A stretch of DNA of 64,000 nt from Nannocystaceae bacterium ST9 (GTDB lineage: Bacteria > Myxococcota_A > Polyangia > Nannocystales > Nannocystaceae), in assembly GCA_048320885.1 (NCBI GenBank), contig JBLWFJ010000001.1, forward strand, positions 1,541,642-1,605,641. The letters are read 5' to 3'. Below the pieces are notes generated by a model that searched no databases, was not told the origin of the DNA, and worked only from the letters and a program-made list of their open reading frames with translations. Every line of letters starts with the position of its first letter. Positions within the stretch are counted from its first letter, which is position 1. Positions 56,501 to 64,000 of the stretch are shown piece after piece. Position numbers and translations under genes: made by a program.

Positions 56501-56681
56501 TGCCGCCCTGAGCCACGCGCGGCCACTCGGGCAGCCCACCCATCGGCGACTCGATCTTGGTGACCTCGCGGCGGAGGTCTTCGTGACGAGGATCGTAGTT
56601 GGCGTTCTCGCCCGCCGGGCTCGCGCCGGGGATCGGTGCGAGCAAGGGAGCGACGCGAGCTTCGAGGGTCTTGCGGTCCAT
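53523..56681 (-). CDS. tssA: TssA-family protein with three tandem ImpA_N domains and Pro-rich linkers
   Basis: Three copies of the ImpA_N pattern (PIpG...GEdarYDpdheavRnEI.kLeS..G..pDW..V.r....LL.T.SKDL..A.YLArAL....G..GL..G...L.eLcdRFWDD). A 24-residue polyproline run (seen as a poly-G codon run on the + strand around 55816-55900). TssA/VasJ-like C-terminus. Confidence 0.8.
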   Translation of the reverse strand: MDRKTLEARVAPLLAPIPGASPAGENANYDPRHEDLRREVTKIESPMGGLPEWPRVAQGGSDLLRAVSKDVLLACYVAWAWYELEGLGGLAAGLRLLNGLMEKYWDDGFPPVKRLRGRANALSWFIGRFEAASGSMQVGAKDRIAIALLGEYGPELARIVRDRFGDEAPSMRSLTDGIKRLELNLPPASADEQAALAAALAGGSAPAGTPAPEPAPAPEPVAAPPPQPEPEPAPVEASTSAPIEAPPVIETPPAPEPAPVAAPPPPPPPPPPPPPPPPPPPPPPPPAATSAAPAQPWTPRVAKWLEPIPGPSKVGEDTRYDAEHTEARNEIDKLQSVSGVQPDWIAVKRITGKLLETKSKDLVLATYLARALFELEGLDGLVTGFALIAELCDRFWDDVHPNKERRRSNAITWLFEPVERVLTDLTPTAKDSKPLADLEEVAKHMFGVFNARFVESGPATRGLRDAINRAKMSAPQVAAPPPAPPPQPAAAPQPAPAPSASAPAPQPAASAPASAPAAEPAKPAFDPAALAEAWIKPISEAKPAGEDAKYDPDHEAVRNEIGKLESVSGGEPDWPSVQRISTKLLQTRSKDLLIAAYLARALHRQRGFEGLVQGLAMLAELCDRFWDDMQPPKDKERRRSNAMSWLLDQLEREVGEHKPTAAERESIVKLGLAAKHLFGVINQKFESPPATRGLRDAISRLEMSVPEPPKPAAPPPPPPPAAPPPPPQPSAAPAPAAAPAGGGAPMPAAQAAPKSAEEAVQYLAKVGGDLISTANLMRRANLRDPLAYRLMRQGLYLHIVNPPPAQPNGNTQIPAPPPDLLKRLELMKANGKWADVLEETESSLMRFRFWMDLHWLSALALGQLGHGDARDAVIDGVHSLIGRMPMVMTLNFGNGTTMCSPDAKAWIDNDVFVDAGGSGGGGGPGGLPEDVVAALDEAKKAAGGGKFGDAAKQVQALIDSASNDRNRMLIRLALAEMAGAGAPRVALGLFGGLARELDERGLDRWEPELATRCLQGLVRARADAEKAKPPLTSDSAFERLCRIDPEAASKLT

Positions 56682-56930
56682 GATCGAGGTCCGAGGAAGC
56701 GGAGCAGAGACGAGAAAGGCCCCCTACGCGAATAGGGAGCCCTGAAGCTGCTCACCGAAGAGCAATGACCCGAAGGGTCGAGCGAAGGCGAAGCCAGAGG
56801 CTTGCGAGGAGGTGATGAGCGAGCGAAGGCGAAGCGAACAGGCGCGAAGCACTTGCGAGGAGGGGGTCCCGTCCCGGCTTCGCCGGGACGGGGGAGGGCG
56901 GCGGAACGCCCTCCCTCAAACGTAGTCCAA

Positions 56931-56965
56931 GGAGTGATGAAAGGCCGAAGGCCTTCCATCACTCC
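56931..56965 (-). terminator. Perfect 16-bp-stem hairpin overlapping the tssC stop
   Basis: ggagtgatgaaaggcc-gaa-ggccttccatcactcc. It is followed on the operon strand by two further GC hairpins (gagggcggcggaacgccctc; cccgtcccggcttcgccgggacggg). Confidence 0.4.
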
Positions 56966-58434
56966 TTGTCGAGCTTGCCGACGAGCGAGAGCGTGAACGA
57001 GGCGCCCATGTACTTGAAGTGCGGGCGGACGAGGATCGAGCAGCGGTACCAGCCGGGCTGGCCCTCGACGTCCTCGACGTTGATGCGAGCGGTCCGCAGC
57101 GGACGGCGCGAGCGGACGGCCGGCGCCGGGTTGTCCATGTCGGCCACGTACTGACCGATCCACAGGTTGAGCTCGCGCTCGAGATCGCCGCGCTCCTTCC
57201 ACGAACCGATCTGCTCGCGCTGCAGCACCTTGAGGTAGTGCGAGAGCCGAGTGATCACGAACATGTAGGGCAGCTGAGTGCCGAGCCGGTAGTTGGTCTC
57301 GGCCGCCTTGCCCTCGGGGGTGTTCGGGTAGACCTTGGGCTTCTGGACCGAGTTGGCCGAGAAGAAGGCCGCGTTGTCGCTGCCCTTGCGCATGGTCAAG
57401 CCGATGAAGCCCTCTTCGGACATCTCGAACTCGCGCCGCTCGGTCAGCTGGCACTCGACCGGGAGCTTGGTCTGGATCTCGCCCTGCGCCTTGTACTGGT
57501 GCAGGGGCAGGCTCTCGACCGCGCCGCCCGAGGTCGGCCCGATGATGTTCGGGCACCAGCGGAACTTCGCGAAGCTGTCGGCGATGCGGGTGGTCAGCGC
57601 GACCGAGCTGTAGCCCCACAGGTACGCGTCGTGCTTGGCGATCACGTCCTCTTCGAAGTCGAACGACTTCACCGGGACGGTCTCCTTGCCGTAGGGCATG
57701 CGCAGCATGATCCGCGGCGCACACAGGCCGACGTAGCGGGAGTCCTCGCTCTCGCGGAAGCCGTGCCAGCGGGCGTACTGCGGACCCTCGAACAGGCTCT
57801 GGAGATCCTTGAGGCGCGGCAGCTCCTCGTAGCTCTCGATCCCGAACATCTGCGGGCCGGCATTGCCGAGGAAGGGCGCATGGGCCATGGTCGCGACCGC
57901 GGCGCAGTTCTGCAGCAGCTGAATGTCCTGCGGCCCCGAGCCGAACTCGTAGAGCGAGCACATCACGCCGTAGGGCCGGCCGCCGAAGGTGCCGTACTCG
58001 GCCGAGTAGACCGTGCGGTAGAGGCCCGACTTGACGATCTCGGGCGCGTCTTCGAAGTCCTCGAGCAGCTCGTCCTTCTGGACCGAGAGCACGTTGACGC
58101 GGACGTTCTCGCGGAAGTCGACGTTGTCGATCACGTACTTGAGGCTCCGCCAGGCCGACTCCATCTTCTGGAAGGTCGCGTTGTGGAGGATCTCGTTGAC
58201 CTGCGAGCTGATCCGGGCGTCGAGTTCGGCGATCATCGCCTCGACTGCGGCCTTGTCGATCTTCTTGGCGTCGCGGCCCTTGAGCATCTCGGCGATGAAG
58301 GCCTGGACGCCCTGGCGGGTGACGTCGTAGGCCTCGTCCCCGCGCTTCATCTTGGTCTCGGACAGGATGGAGTCGAGCAGCGAGCCTTCTTCGAGGCCAG
58401 CTCCCGCGCCTTGCTTTTCGGTTTCGGTACTCAT
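56959..58434 (-). CDS. tssC: T6SS contractile sheath large subunit TssC
   Basis: 491 aa, VipB/EvpB family (GLYRTVYSAEYGTFGGRPYG, DSRYVGLCAPRIMLRMPYG). Confidence 0.9.
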   Translation of the reverse strand: MSTETEKQGAGAGLEEGSLLDSILSETKMKRGDEAYDVTRQGVQAFIAEMLKGRDAKKIDKAAVEAMIAELDARISSQVNEILHNATFQKMESAWRSLKYVIDNVDFRENVRVNVLSVQKDELLEDFEDAPEIVKSGLYRTVYSAEYGTFGGRPYGVMCSLYEFGSGPQDIQLLQNCAAVATMAHAPFLGNAGPQMFGIESYEELPRLKDLQSLFEGPQYARWHGFRESEDSRYVGLCAPRIMLRMPYGKETVPVKSFDFEEDVIAKHDAYLWGYSSVALTTRIADSFAKFRWCPNIIGPTSGGAVESLPLHQYKAQGEIQTKLPVECQLTERREFEMSEEGFIGLTMRKGSDNAAFFSANSVQKPKVYPNTPEGKAAETNYRLGTQLPYMFVITRLSHYLKVLQREQIGSWKERGDLERELNLWIGQYVADMDNPAPAVRSRRPLRTARINVEDVEGQPGWYRCSILVRPHFKYMGASFTLSLVGKLDKE

Positions 58435-58489
58435 CGGGAATCTTCTCGTGCGGCGAGTGAGTGGTTGGTGATCCGATTCGACGAAGGGT

Positions 58490-58975
58490 TCAGCCTTCGC
58501 TGGCGCCGAGCTCGGCCAGCAGCTTGTCGCGGGCTTCCGAGTCCTCGAGGATCGACTGGATCTTCTTGCGGAAGGCCGGGATGTTGCCGAGCGGGCCCTT
58601 CAGCGCGTTGAGGGCGTTGCGGAGATCGAGCAGCTTCTGCAGCTCGGGCACCTGCGAGACCACGCCCTCGGGCGTGAAGTCCTTCATGCTCTTGAACCTG
58701 AGGCTGACCGGCATCTCCGCGCCGGCCTCTCCCGACAGCTTGTCCGGTACGTTGATGTCGACGCCGACCTTGTACTCGGCCAGCACGTCGTTGAAATTGT
58801 CCTTGTCGACGTTGATCGCCTTGCGATCCTCGACGGGAGTGTCGTCCTTCTTGCCGGTGAAGTCGCCCAGCATGAGGATCTTGAGCGGGAGCTCGACATC
58901 CTCCGTGGCGTTGCCGGCCGGCTTGTAGACGATGTTGACGCGTTCCTTCGGGGCGACGGATCCTTCTTTGGCCAT
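58490..58975 (-). CDS. tssB: T6SS contractile sheath small subunit TssB
   Basis: Start MAKEGSVAPKERVNIVYKP at 58975 (the ORF extends to 59125). VipA pattern ...LPLKILMLGDFTG...MKDFTPEGVVSQVPELQKLLDLRNAL. Confidence 0.85.
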   Translation of the reverse strand: MAKEGSVAPKERVNIVYKPAGNATEDVELPLKILMLGDFTGKKDDTPVEDRKAINVDKDNFNDVLAEYKVGVDINVPDKLSGEAGAEMPVSLRFKSMKDFTPEGVVSQVPELQKLLDLRNALNALKGPLGNIPAFRKKIQSILEDSEARDKLLAELGASEG

Positions 58976-59149
58976 CTCGGCGCGCAGCGTATCACTTCTA
59001 CTCCGCGCTTCGCGAGCGTTGATCGAGGATCTCGACAGGTTGTCGGGGTCACGGGCGAACCACCACGATCGCTCGGCCTCGCGGTCGGGCCGAGTGCGAA
59101 AAAGAGCGCGATCTGCATTGCACACGTCGCGAACACGTAATCTCCGACA

Positions 59150-59870
59150 CGGGAGGGGCTGAGATAGGCGCTGGCTCTGGCTGAGATAGGGAGGCTGAGA
59201 TAGGGAGGCCGTCCGCCGGCCTCCCCCTCGAGCTTCGCTCGAGGAACCCCCTCCACGCGGCTCTGCCTACGTGCAGTGTTGCGTGGTTCCCCTGCTCGGG
59301 CCGTCTCGCCCTCGCGGGGAATGGACAGCGGGTTCGGCTTCGCCTGCCCTTGGTTGCGACTTCGTTGGGGCGATCTTTGGCGGGCTGGTCTGCTTCGGCG
59401 AGGCTGGTCTGCTTCGGCGAGGGCTGGTCTGCTTCGGCGAAGATTGGTCTGCTTCGGCAAAGGTCGGTCTGCTTCGGCGAAGGGTTGGTCTGCTTCGGCA
59501 AAGGTCGGTCTGCTTCGGCAAAGGTCGGTCTGCTTCGGCGAAGAATGCGAGGGGAGGCGAAGCCGAACCCGTTGTCCATTCCCCGCGAGGGCGAGACGGC
59601 CCGAGCAGGGGAACCACGCAACACTGCACGTAGGCAGGGCCGCGTGGTGGGGGTTCCTCGGCTCGCGGAGCGAGCTGAGGGGGAGGCCGGCGGACGGCCT
59701 CCCTATCTCTGTCCATTCCCCGCGAGGGCGAGACGGCCCGAGCAGGGGAACCACGCAACACTGCACGTAGGCAGAGCCGCGTGGTGGGGGTTCCTCGGCT
59801 CGCGGAGCGAGCTGAGGGGGAGGCCGGCGGACGGCCTCCCTGAGATGGGCCGCCCACCCCCCACGCTCGC
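59150..59870. repeat. Composite repeat region in the clpV-tssB intergenic space: about 140-bp element in three copies (one inverted, two direct) flanking an 8x tandem array of a 19-21-bp unit
   Basis: Copy A at about 59150-59350 is the reverse complement (about 90% identity) of copy B at about 59555-59700. Copy C at about 59706-59855 is a direct repeat of B. The tandem array at 59391-59545 has units like GGTCTGCTTCGGCGAAG(g/a)(n)(t). CTGAGATAGGGAGG short repeats sit at the A end. Confidence 0.85.
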
Positions 59871-59875
59871 GAACC

Positions 59876-62584
59876 TCACCCAAAATCGAAGCGCCAATCC
59901 CCCTCCGGCGAGAGCCCGATATCCAACTTGGGCGGCACTTCGCCGTCGGCCATGTACTCGAGCAGCACGCGGGCGAGCGCGGGCATCAGCGAGGCTCGCA
60001 GGGTGTGGTCGACGTTGCGGGCGCCGGTGTCGGCGTCGGTGCAGCGGCGGACGAGCTCGTCGATCAGCTCGGTGCTGTAGGTGACCTCGAGCTCGTGGGT
60101 GTCCTGCAGGCGCTTGGCCAGCTTGCCGAGCTTGAGCAGGGCGATGTCTCGCATGATCTCGGCGCTGATCGGGCGGAAGGGCACGATCGTCATGCGGGCG
60201 AGCAGGGCCGGCTTGAAGTGGCTGCTGAGCGCGGGCCGGATCGCCTCGACGACGGCCTCCTTGGTCGGCGTCTCTTCGGCCTCGTAGGCGCGCATGATCG
60301 TGTCCGAGGCGAGGTTCGAGGTCAGGATGATGACGGTGTTCTTGAAGTCGATGGTCCGACCTTCGCCGTCGTTGAGCATGCCCTTGTCGAACACCTGGTA
60401 GAACAGGTTCATGACGTCGAGGTCGGCCTTCTCGCACTCGTCGAGCAGCACGACCGAGTAGGGTCGCTGGCGGACGGCCTCGGTCAGCAGGCCGCCCTCG
60501 CCGTAGCCGACGTAGCCGGGCGGCGATCCGATCAGCCGGCTGACCGTGTGCTTCTCTTGGAACTCGCTCATGTTGATGGTGGTCATGAAGCGCTCTCCAC
60601 CATAGAGTTGATCGGCGAGCGTCGTGGCCATCTCGGTCTTGCCGACGCCGCTGGGGCCGACGAAGAGCAGCACGCCGATCGGCGCTCGTGGGTCGCGGAC
60701 GCCGGCGTAGGCCATCCGCACGGTCTCGGCGACGACCTTGCTGGCCGGCTCTTGACCCTTGACCCGCTTGGCCAGCACGTCCTCGAGCTCGAGCACGGCG
60801 CCGATCGTGTCGGACTTCATCTTGCCGACCGGGATGCCCGTCCAGGCCGCGACGACCTTGGCGACCACGTCGGCGTCGCACTCGTGGTGGACGAGCGGAT
60901 CGTTGTCGCCGCGGACCTCGGCGATCTTGGCGAGCGCGGCCTCGACGTTGCCGCGCAGGGCCTCGACGTCGACGGGCGGCGCGGCGTCGAGAGCGGGCGG
61001 GGGCACCGGCTCGCCCTCGGGCGGCGCGGCGGCCTGCTCGGCCCCGCGCAGGACCACGCAGGCCTCGTTGAACGCCTTGACGGCGTCGCGCTCGGCCTCC
61101 CAGCGGATGGTCAGATCGACGACCTGCTGACGGACGGCCGCGATCTCGCCGAGCAGCTCGGCGTACTCGGTCTTGTCGACGTCGATGTGCTCGGCGATGT
61201 CGCGCTCGAGCGCGACGCGCTGGCGGTCGAGCGACTCGAGCTCGAGCTCGAGCTCCTGGACCTGCTGGGGCTTGGCGCCCTGCTCGATCTTCACCCGCGC
61301 GGCGGCGGTGTCGAGCAGATCGACGGCCTTGTCGGGCAGCTGCCGGCCCGAGATGTAGCGACCCGAGAGCTGCGCCGCCGCGACCACGGCCTCGTCGCGG
61401 ATCGTCACGCCGTGGGCCTTCTCGTAGGTCGAGGCGATCCCGCGGAGCATGACGATCGCATCGTCGACGCTCGGCTCGTCGACCTTGACCGGCTGGAAGC
61501 GACGCTCGAGCGCGGGGTCTTTTTCGAAGTACTTCTTGAACTCGGTCCAGGTCGTGGCGGCGATCGTCCGCAGCTCGCCACGAGCCAGCGCCGGCTTGAG
61601 CAGGTTGGAGGCATCGTTGCCGCCTGCGCCACCGCCCGCGCCGATCATCGTGTGGGCCTCGTCGATGAAGCAGATGATCGGCGTCGGCGAGGCCTTGACC
61701 TCGGAGATGACCGCCTTGACCCGCTTTTCGAACTCGCCCTTGACGCTGGCGCCGGCCTGCAAGAGACCCATGTCGAGGCTGATCAGCTCGACGTTCTTGA
61801 GCAGATCGGGGACCTCGCCCTTGACGATCGCGAGCGCCAGACCCTCGACCAGCGCGGTCTTGCCGACACCCGGCTCGCCGACGATGATCGGGTTGTTCTT
61901 GCGCCGGCGGGCGAGGATGTCGATGCACTGGCGAATCTCGCGATGCCGGCCGAAGATCGGATCGATCTCGCCGCGCCGGGCCGCGGCGGTGAACGAGATC
62001 GTGAACCGACCGATCGCGCTGTCGCCCCCGGGCGCGCTCGGGCCCGGGCCGCCCGGACCACCACCGCCCGCGCTGGTCTCCCCGCCGGTGCCGACCGCGG
62101 TCGGCCGCTCGTCGAGCTCGTTGGAGTTGCGGACGATGCTGTCGAAGTCGCGGCGCAGGACCTCGGTGTCGACCGCCTCGATCTCCGGGAACTCCTCGGC
62201 GGTGTAGCGAGACGAGCGCTCGCAGAACTGCATGAGCAGATGCCCGCTGCGCAGCGCCGTGACCCCGTAGAGCAGCGAGGCGATCGTCCAGGCGTCCTCG
62301 ATCCACTGGAAGAGCGCCTCGGCGAACACCGGCCGGCCGGCGTTGCCCTTCTTCATGGCTTGCAGCGTGCGATCGATCCGGCCGAGCAGGCGCTGGCGGT
62401 CCTGGCCGAAGTGCTGGAGGATCTGCGTGGCGTCGCCGTCGTCCTGCTCGATGATCTTGAGCAGCAGCAGCTCGGGGACGATCTCGTAGAACTGACCGGA
62501 GGCGGCACGACCGACCGCGGCTTCGAGCATGCCAGTGCAGACCGGGCTGAGCCGACGGACGAGGATCTTGGGTTCGACGCGCAT
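59876..62584 (-). CDS. clpV: T6SS AAA+ ATPase ClpV (TssH)
   Basis: 902 aa. ClpB-like N-domain, two AAA modules (GEPGVGKTALVEGLA; LFVGPSGVGKTEMA) and the middle coiled coil. Confidence 0.9.
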   Translation of the reverse strand: MRVEPKILVRRLSPVCTGMLEAAVGRAASGQFYEIVPELLLLKIIEQDDGDATQILQHFGQDRQRLLGRIDRTLQAMKKGNAGRPVFAEALFQWIEDAWTIASLLYGVTALRSGHLLMQFCERSSRYTAEEFPEIEAVDTEVLRRDFDSIVRNSNELDERPTAVGTGGETSAGGGGPGGPGPSAPGGDSAIGRFTISFTAAARRGEIDPIFGRHREIRQCIDILARRRKNNPIIVGEPGVGKTALVEGLALAIVKGEVPDLLKNVELISLDMGLLQAGASVKGEFEKRVKAVISEVKASPTPIICFIDEAHTMIGAGGGAGGNDASNLLKPALARGELRTIAATTWTEFKKYFEKDPALERRFQPVKVDEPSVDDAIVMLRGIASTYEKAHGVTIRDEAVVAAAQLSGRYISGRQLPDKAVDLLDTAAARVKIEQGAKPQQVQELELELESLDRQRVALERDIAEHIDVDKTEYAELLGEIAAVRQQVVDLTIRWEAERDAVKAFNEACVVLRGAEQAAAPPEGEPVPPPALDAAPPVDVEALRGNVEAALAKIAEVRGDNDPLVHHECDADVVAKVVAAWTGIPVGKMKSDTIGAVLELEDVLAKRVKGQEPASKVVAETVRMAYAGVRDPRAPIGVLLFVGPSGVGKTEMATTLADQLYGGERFMTTINMSEFQEKHTVSRLIGSPPGYVGYGEGGLLTEAVRQRPYSVVLLDECEKADLDVMNLFYQVFDKGMLNDGEGRTIDFKNTVIILTSNLASDTIMRAYEAEETPTKEAVVEAIRPALSSHFKPALLARMTIVPFRPISAEIMRDIALLKLGKLAKRLQDTHELEVTYSTELIDELVRRCTDADTGARNVDHTLRASLMPALARVLLEYMADGEVPPKLDIGLSPEGDWRFDFG

Positions 62585-62806
62585 GAAGTCTCCTGAGCGG
62601 GTGCGGGGCGAGAGAGCGAGAGGTGGAGAGTGTGCCCGAGGCGTCGACGGGCACTCAACCGCAAACGTGCCGAGGGCGAACGATCGTCACCGAACTCGCG
62701 AGCGGGGCCGCGGGCGGGGTGGCGCTCGTGCGAGCGTCGTCGTTGCTTGGTGTCCGGGCCCGGCGAAGTTCGTGGCCGCGGCGCTCGAACGCGCCGGGTC
62801 GCCGAC

Positions 62807-64000
62807 TCAGCGGGCCAGCACCGGCAGGCGTCGCGGCGAGTGGCGAGTCGAGGCCTCGCCGACGATCGCCGCCTCGAGCCCGCGGACCTCGGAGAGCCAG
62901 GCCGGGCGGACCTTCTCGACCCACGATCGGAAGTCGCGGACGTGCCCGAGCACGCGCGCGACCTGGTCGGGGTCGGCGTAGAAGTCGAGCTCGGCCACGC
63001 CACCGAGGGTCAGCGGGAGCAGGCGGATCGGCAGGTCGCGCTCGTGGGCGAGCAGCCCGAACGCCTGGAGCGTCTCGATGTTGTGGGGCATCGCGACGAA
63101 GCTGAGCGTGAGCCGAAACTCGTCGCCGAGCCCTCGCCGGTGCTCGCGAAGCGCGTCGATGTTCGCGAGCACGACCTCGAGCGCGAGCCCGCGTTGAACC
63201 TGCTCGTAGACCTCGGGGGTACCGGCGTTGAGCGAGACCGTGATCGAACCGAAGCGACAGCGTCCGAGGTGCTTGAGCGCCCGCTCGCCGAGCAGGGCGC
63301 CGTTGGTCACGAGGTCGACCCTCGCGTCGGGGTACTCGTCGCGATTCCAGCGCCTCAGAAAGTCCATCGCGCTGGCGTTGGCCAGCGGCTCGCCGCCGAG
63401 CAGGCCGAGCGTCCGCAGCGTCGGCAGCAGCTCGCCGACCTGCGCCCAGATCTCGTCCGGCATGTCGCGTCGCGGCGTCCGGCCGTAGGTGCACATGATG
63501 CAGTCGTAGTTGCAGTAGGTGCTCGGGCACAGCGCGAGCTGGATCGGGCGGGCCTGCACCTCTTCGCGGGCCAGGGCGATGTCCTCGGCCAAGCGGAGCT
63601 GATTGTGGACGAAGCGCGGAGCGCCGGGCGAGACGCGAAAGCTGGCCTCGGCGAACTTGCGATCTTCGAGGCGCGGACAGATCGAGCGGCACAGCGAGTC
63701 GACGTCCTCGACCATCGCACGGCGAGCGGCCTGGTACTCGGCGCCGTTCCACAGCTCCAAGAGCGAGCGGCGTGGAAACCCGCCGCGATGCCCCTTGGTC
63801 CACTCGGAGCAGCACTGGTACACGAGCCCGCTGGGATCGACGATCTCCATCTGCACCCATGGTTGAATGCAGACGAGCGGCGGTCGAAGTCGGCGAGCCA
63901 CGCTCGGCGCCGCGAGCTGGCTGCCGAACAGCCGCTCGGGCAGCGAGCTCGCCTCGCCGCGCTCGGCCTCGCGCAGCCCGGCGATCAGCGGGTCGAGGAC
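62807..64000 (-). CDS. Radical SAM protein; the ORF remains open to the window edge (N-terminus possibly outside the window)
   Basis: CxxxCxxC (LCPSTYCNYDCIMC). The track start at 63901 is a GTG. The same frame translates without a stop through 64000 (VLDPLIAGLREAERGEASSLPERLF...). Upstream of the rSAM core is a SPASM/twitch-like Cys pattern (GLVYQCCSEW...ELWNG...CRSIC). Confidence 0.6.
   Translation of the reverse strand, partial: VLDPLIAGLREAERGEASSLPERLFGSQLAAPSVARRLRPPLVCIQPWVQMEIVDPSGLVYQCCSEWTKGHRGGFPRRSLLELWNGAEYQAARRAMVEDVDSLCRSICPRLEDRKFAEASFRVSPGAPRFVHNQLRLAEDIALAREEVQARPIQLALCPSTYCNYDCIMCTYGRTPRRDMPDEIWAQVGELLPTLRTLGLLGGEPLANASAMDFLRRWNRDEYPDARVDLVTNGALLGERALKHLGRCRFGSITVSLNAGTPEVYEQVQRGLALEVVLANIDALREHRRGLGDEFRLTLSFVAMPHNIETLQAFGLLAHERDLPIRLLPLTLGGVAELDFYADPDQVARVLGHVRDFRSWVEKVRPAWLSEVRGLEAAIVGEASTRHSPRRLPVLAR

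Noticed and set aside
53637-56735. 1032-aa + ORF and ORF 55816..56457 beginning MAAGGGGGGGGGG...
   Set aside because: Antisense of tssA. The poly-Gly run is the reverse-strand reading of the TssA polyproline linker, not a glycine-rich protein.
59391-59545. Tandem 20-bp repeat array considered as a CRISPR array
   Set aside because: Units are directly adjacent with no unique spacers, the period is about 20 bp, and there are no cas genes. It is better explained as a minisatellite or iteron-like array.
59276-60084. Small ORFs inside the repeat region (59049..59624, 59267..59857, 59271..59633, 59276..59770 and 59350..60084)
   Set aside because: Translations are repeat-driven (LLRRG/WSASAK iterations) and exist in both orientations. 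They are artefacts of the DNA repeats.
59703-62654. 983-aa minus ORF, 863-aa + ORF 60005..62596 and ORFs 62353..63860
   Set aside because: Off-frame or antisense to clpV and the radical SAM gene. Only the frames with AAA+ and CxxxCxxC motifs are real.

Overview
This is a high-GC window (roughly 70% GC, GC3-biased codon usage) and appears to be myxobacterial. The main support is the MYXO-CTERM-type tails (GCSCS motif, hydrophobic helix, basic end) on three PhoX paralogs; SpoIVB/YtfJ-like sporulation genes and abundant LAC/GGC-lipobox lipoproteins are consistent with it. About 48 protein-coding genes are supportable. No rRNA, tRNA or CRISPR was found. Many long Arg/Ala/Pro-rich ORFs in the six-frame track are antisense or off-frame artefacts of high-GC DNA and were discarded.

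The notable contents are:
1. A roughly 7 kb, visibly lower-GC, six-gene operon (21229-28405). It encodes two tandem paralogous P-loop GTPases, one of them frameshifted, plus an all-helical protein. These are flanked by a GT4-like protein and an 802-aa protein that share a roughly 65-aa C-terminal helical module (LW.RAGG...LP.N..L..L.EV). This resembles the GTPase-centred, effector-associated-domain conflict systems predicted by comparative genomics.
2. A giant 1290-aa protein that fuses tandem winged helices, a CHAT (caspase-like) protease domain and a McrB-type AAA+ GTPase. A translationally coupled downstream gene follows it. Divergently upstream is an SMC/ABC-like ATPase plus histidine kinase operon.
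3. A bufferin/MNIO-type RiPP locus. A DUF2282-like six-cysteine lipoprotein precursor is transcribed divergently from a fused MNIO(DUF692)-DUF2063 gene, followed by an M28 peptidase.
4. A partial type VI secretion cluster (hcp, tssBC-like fusion, tssA, tssC, tssB, clpV). Its TssA carries three tandem ImpA_N domains and a 24-residue polyproline run. An extra protein looks like a TssB-TssC fusion. The tssB promoter region holds a complex repeat architecture.
5. Three secreted PhoX-like paralogs with TAT signals and MYXO-CTERM tails. A five-gene overlapping operon (GNAT, PlsC, arginase-family, M14-like, alpha/beta hydrolase) is also present.
6. Several palindromes and hairpins at gene boundaries.
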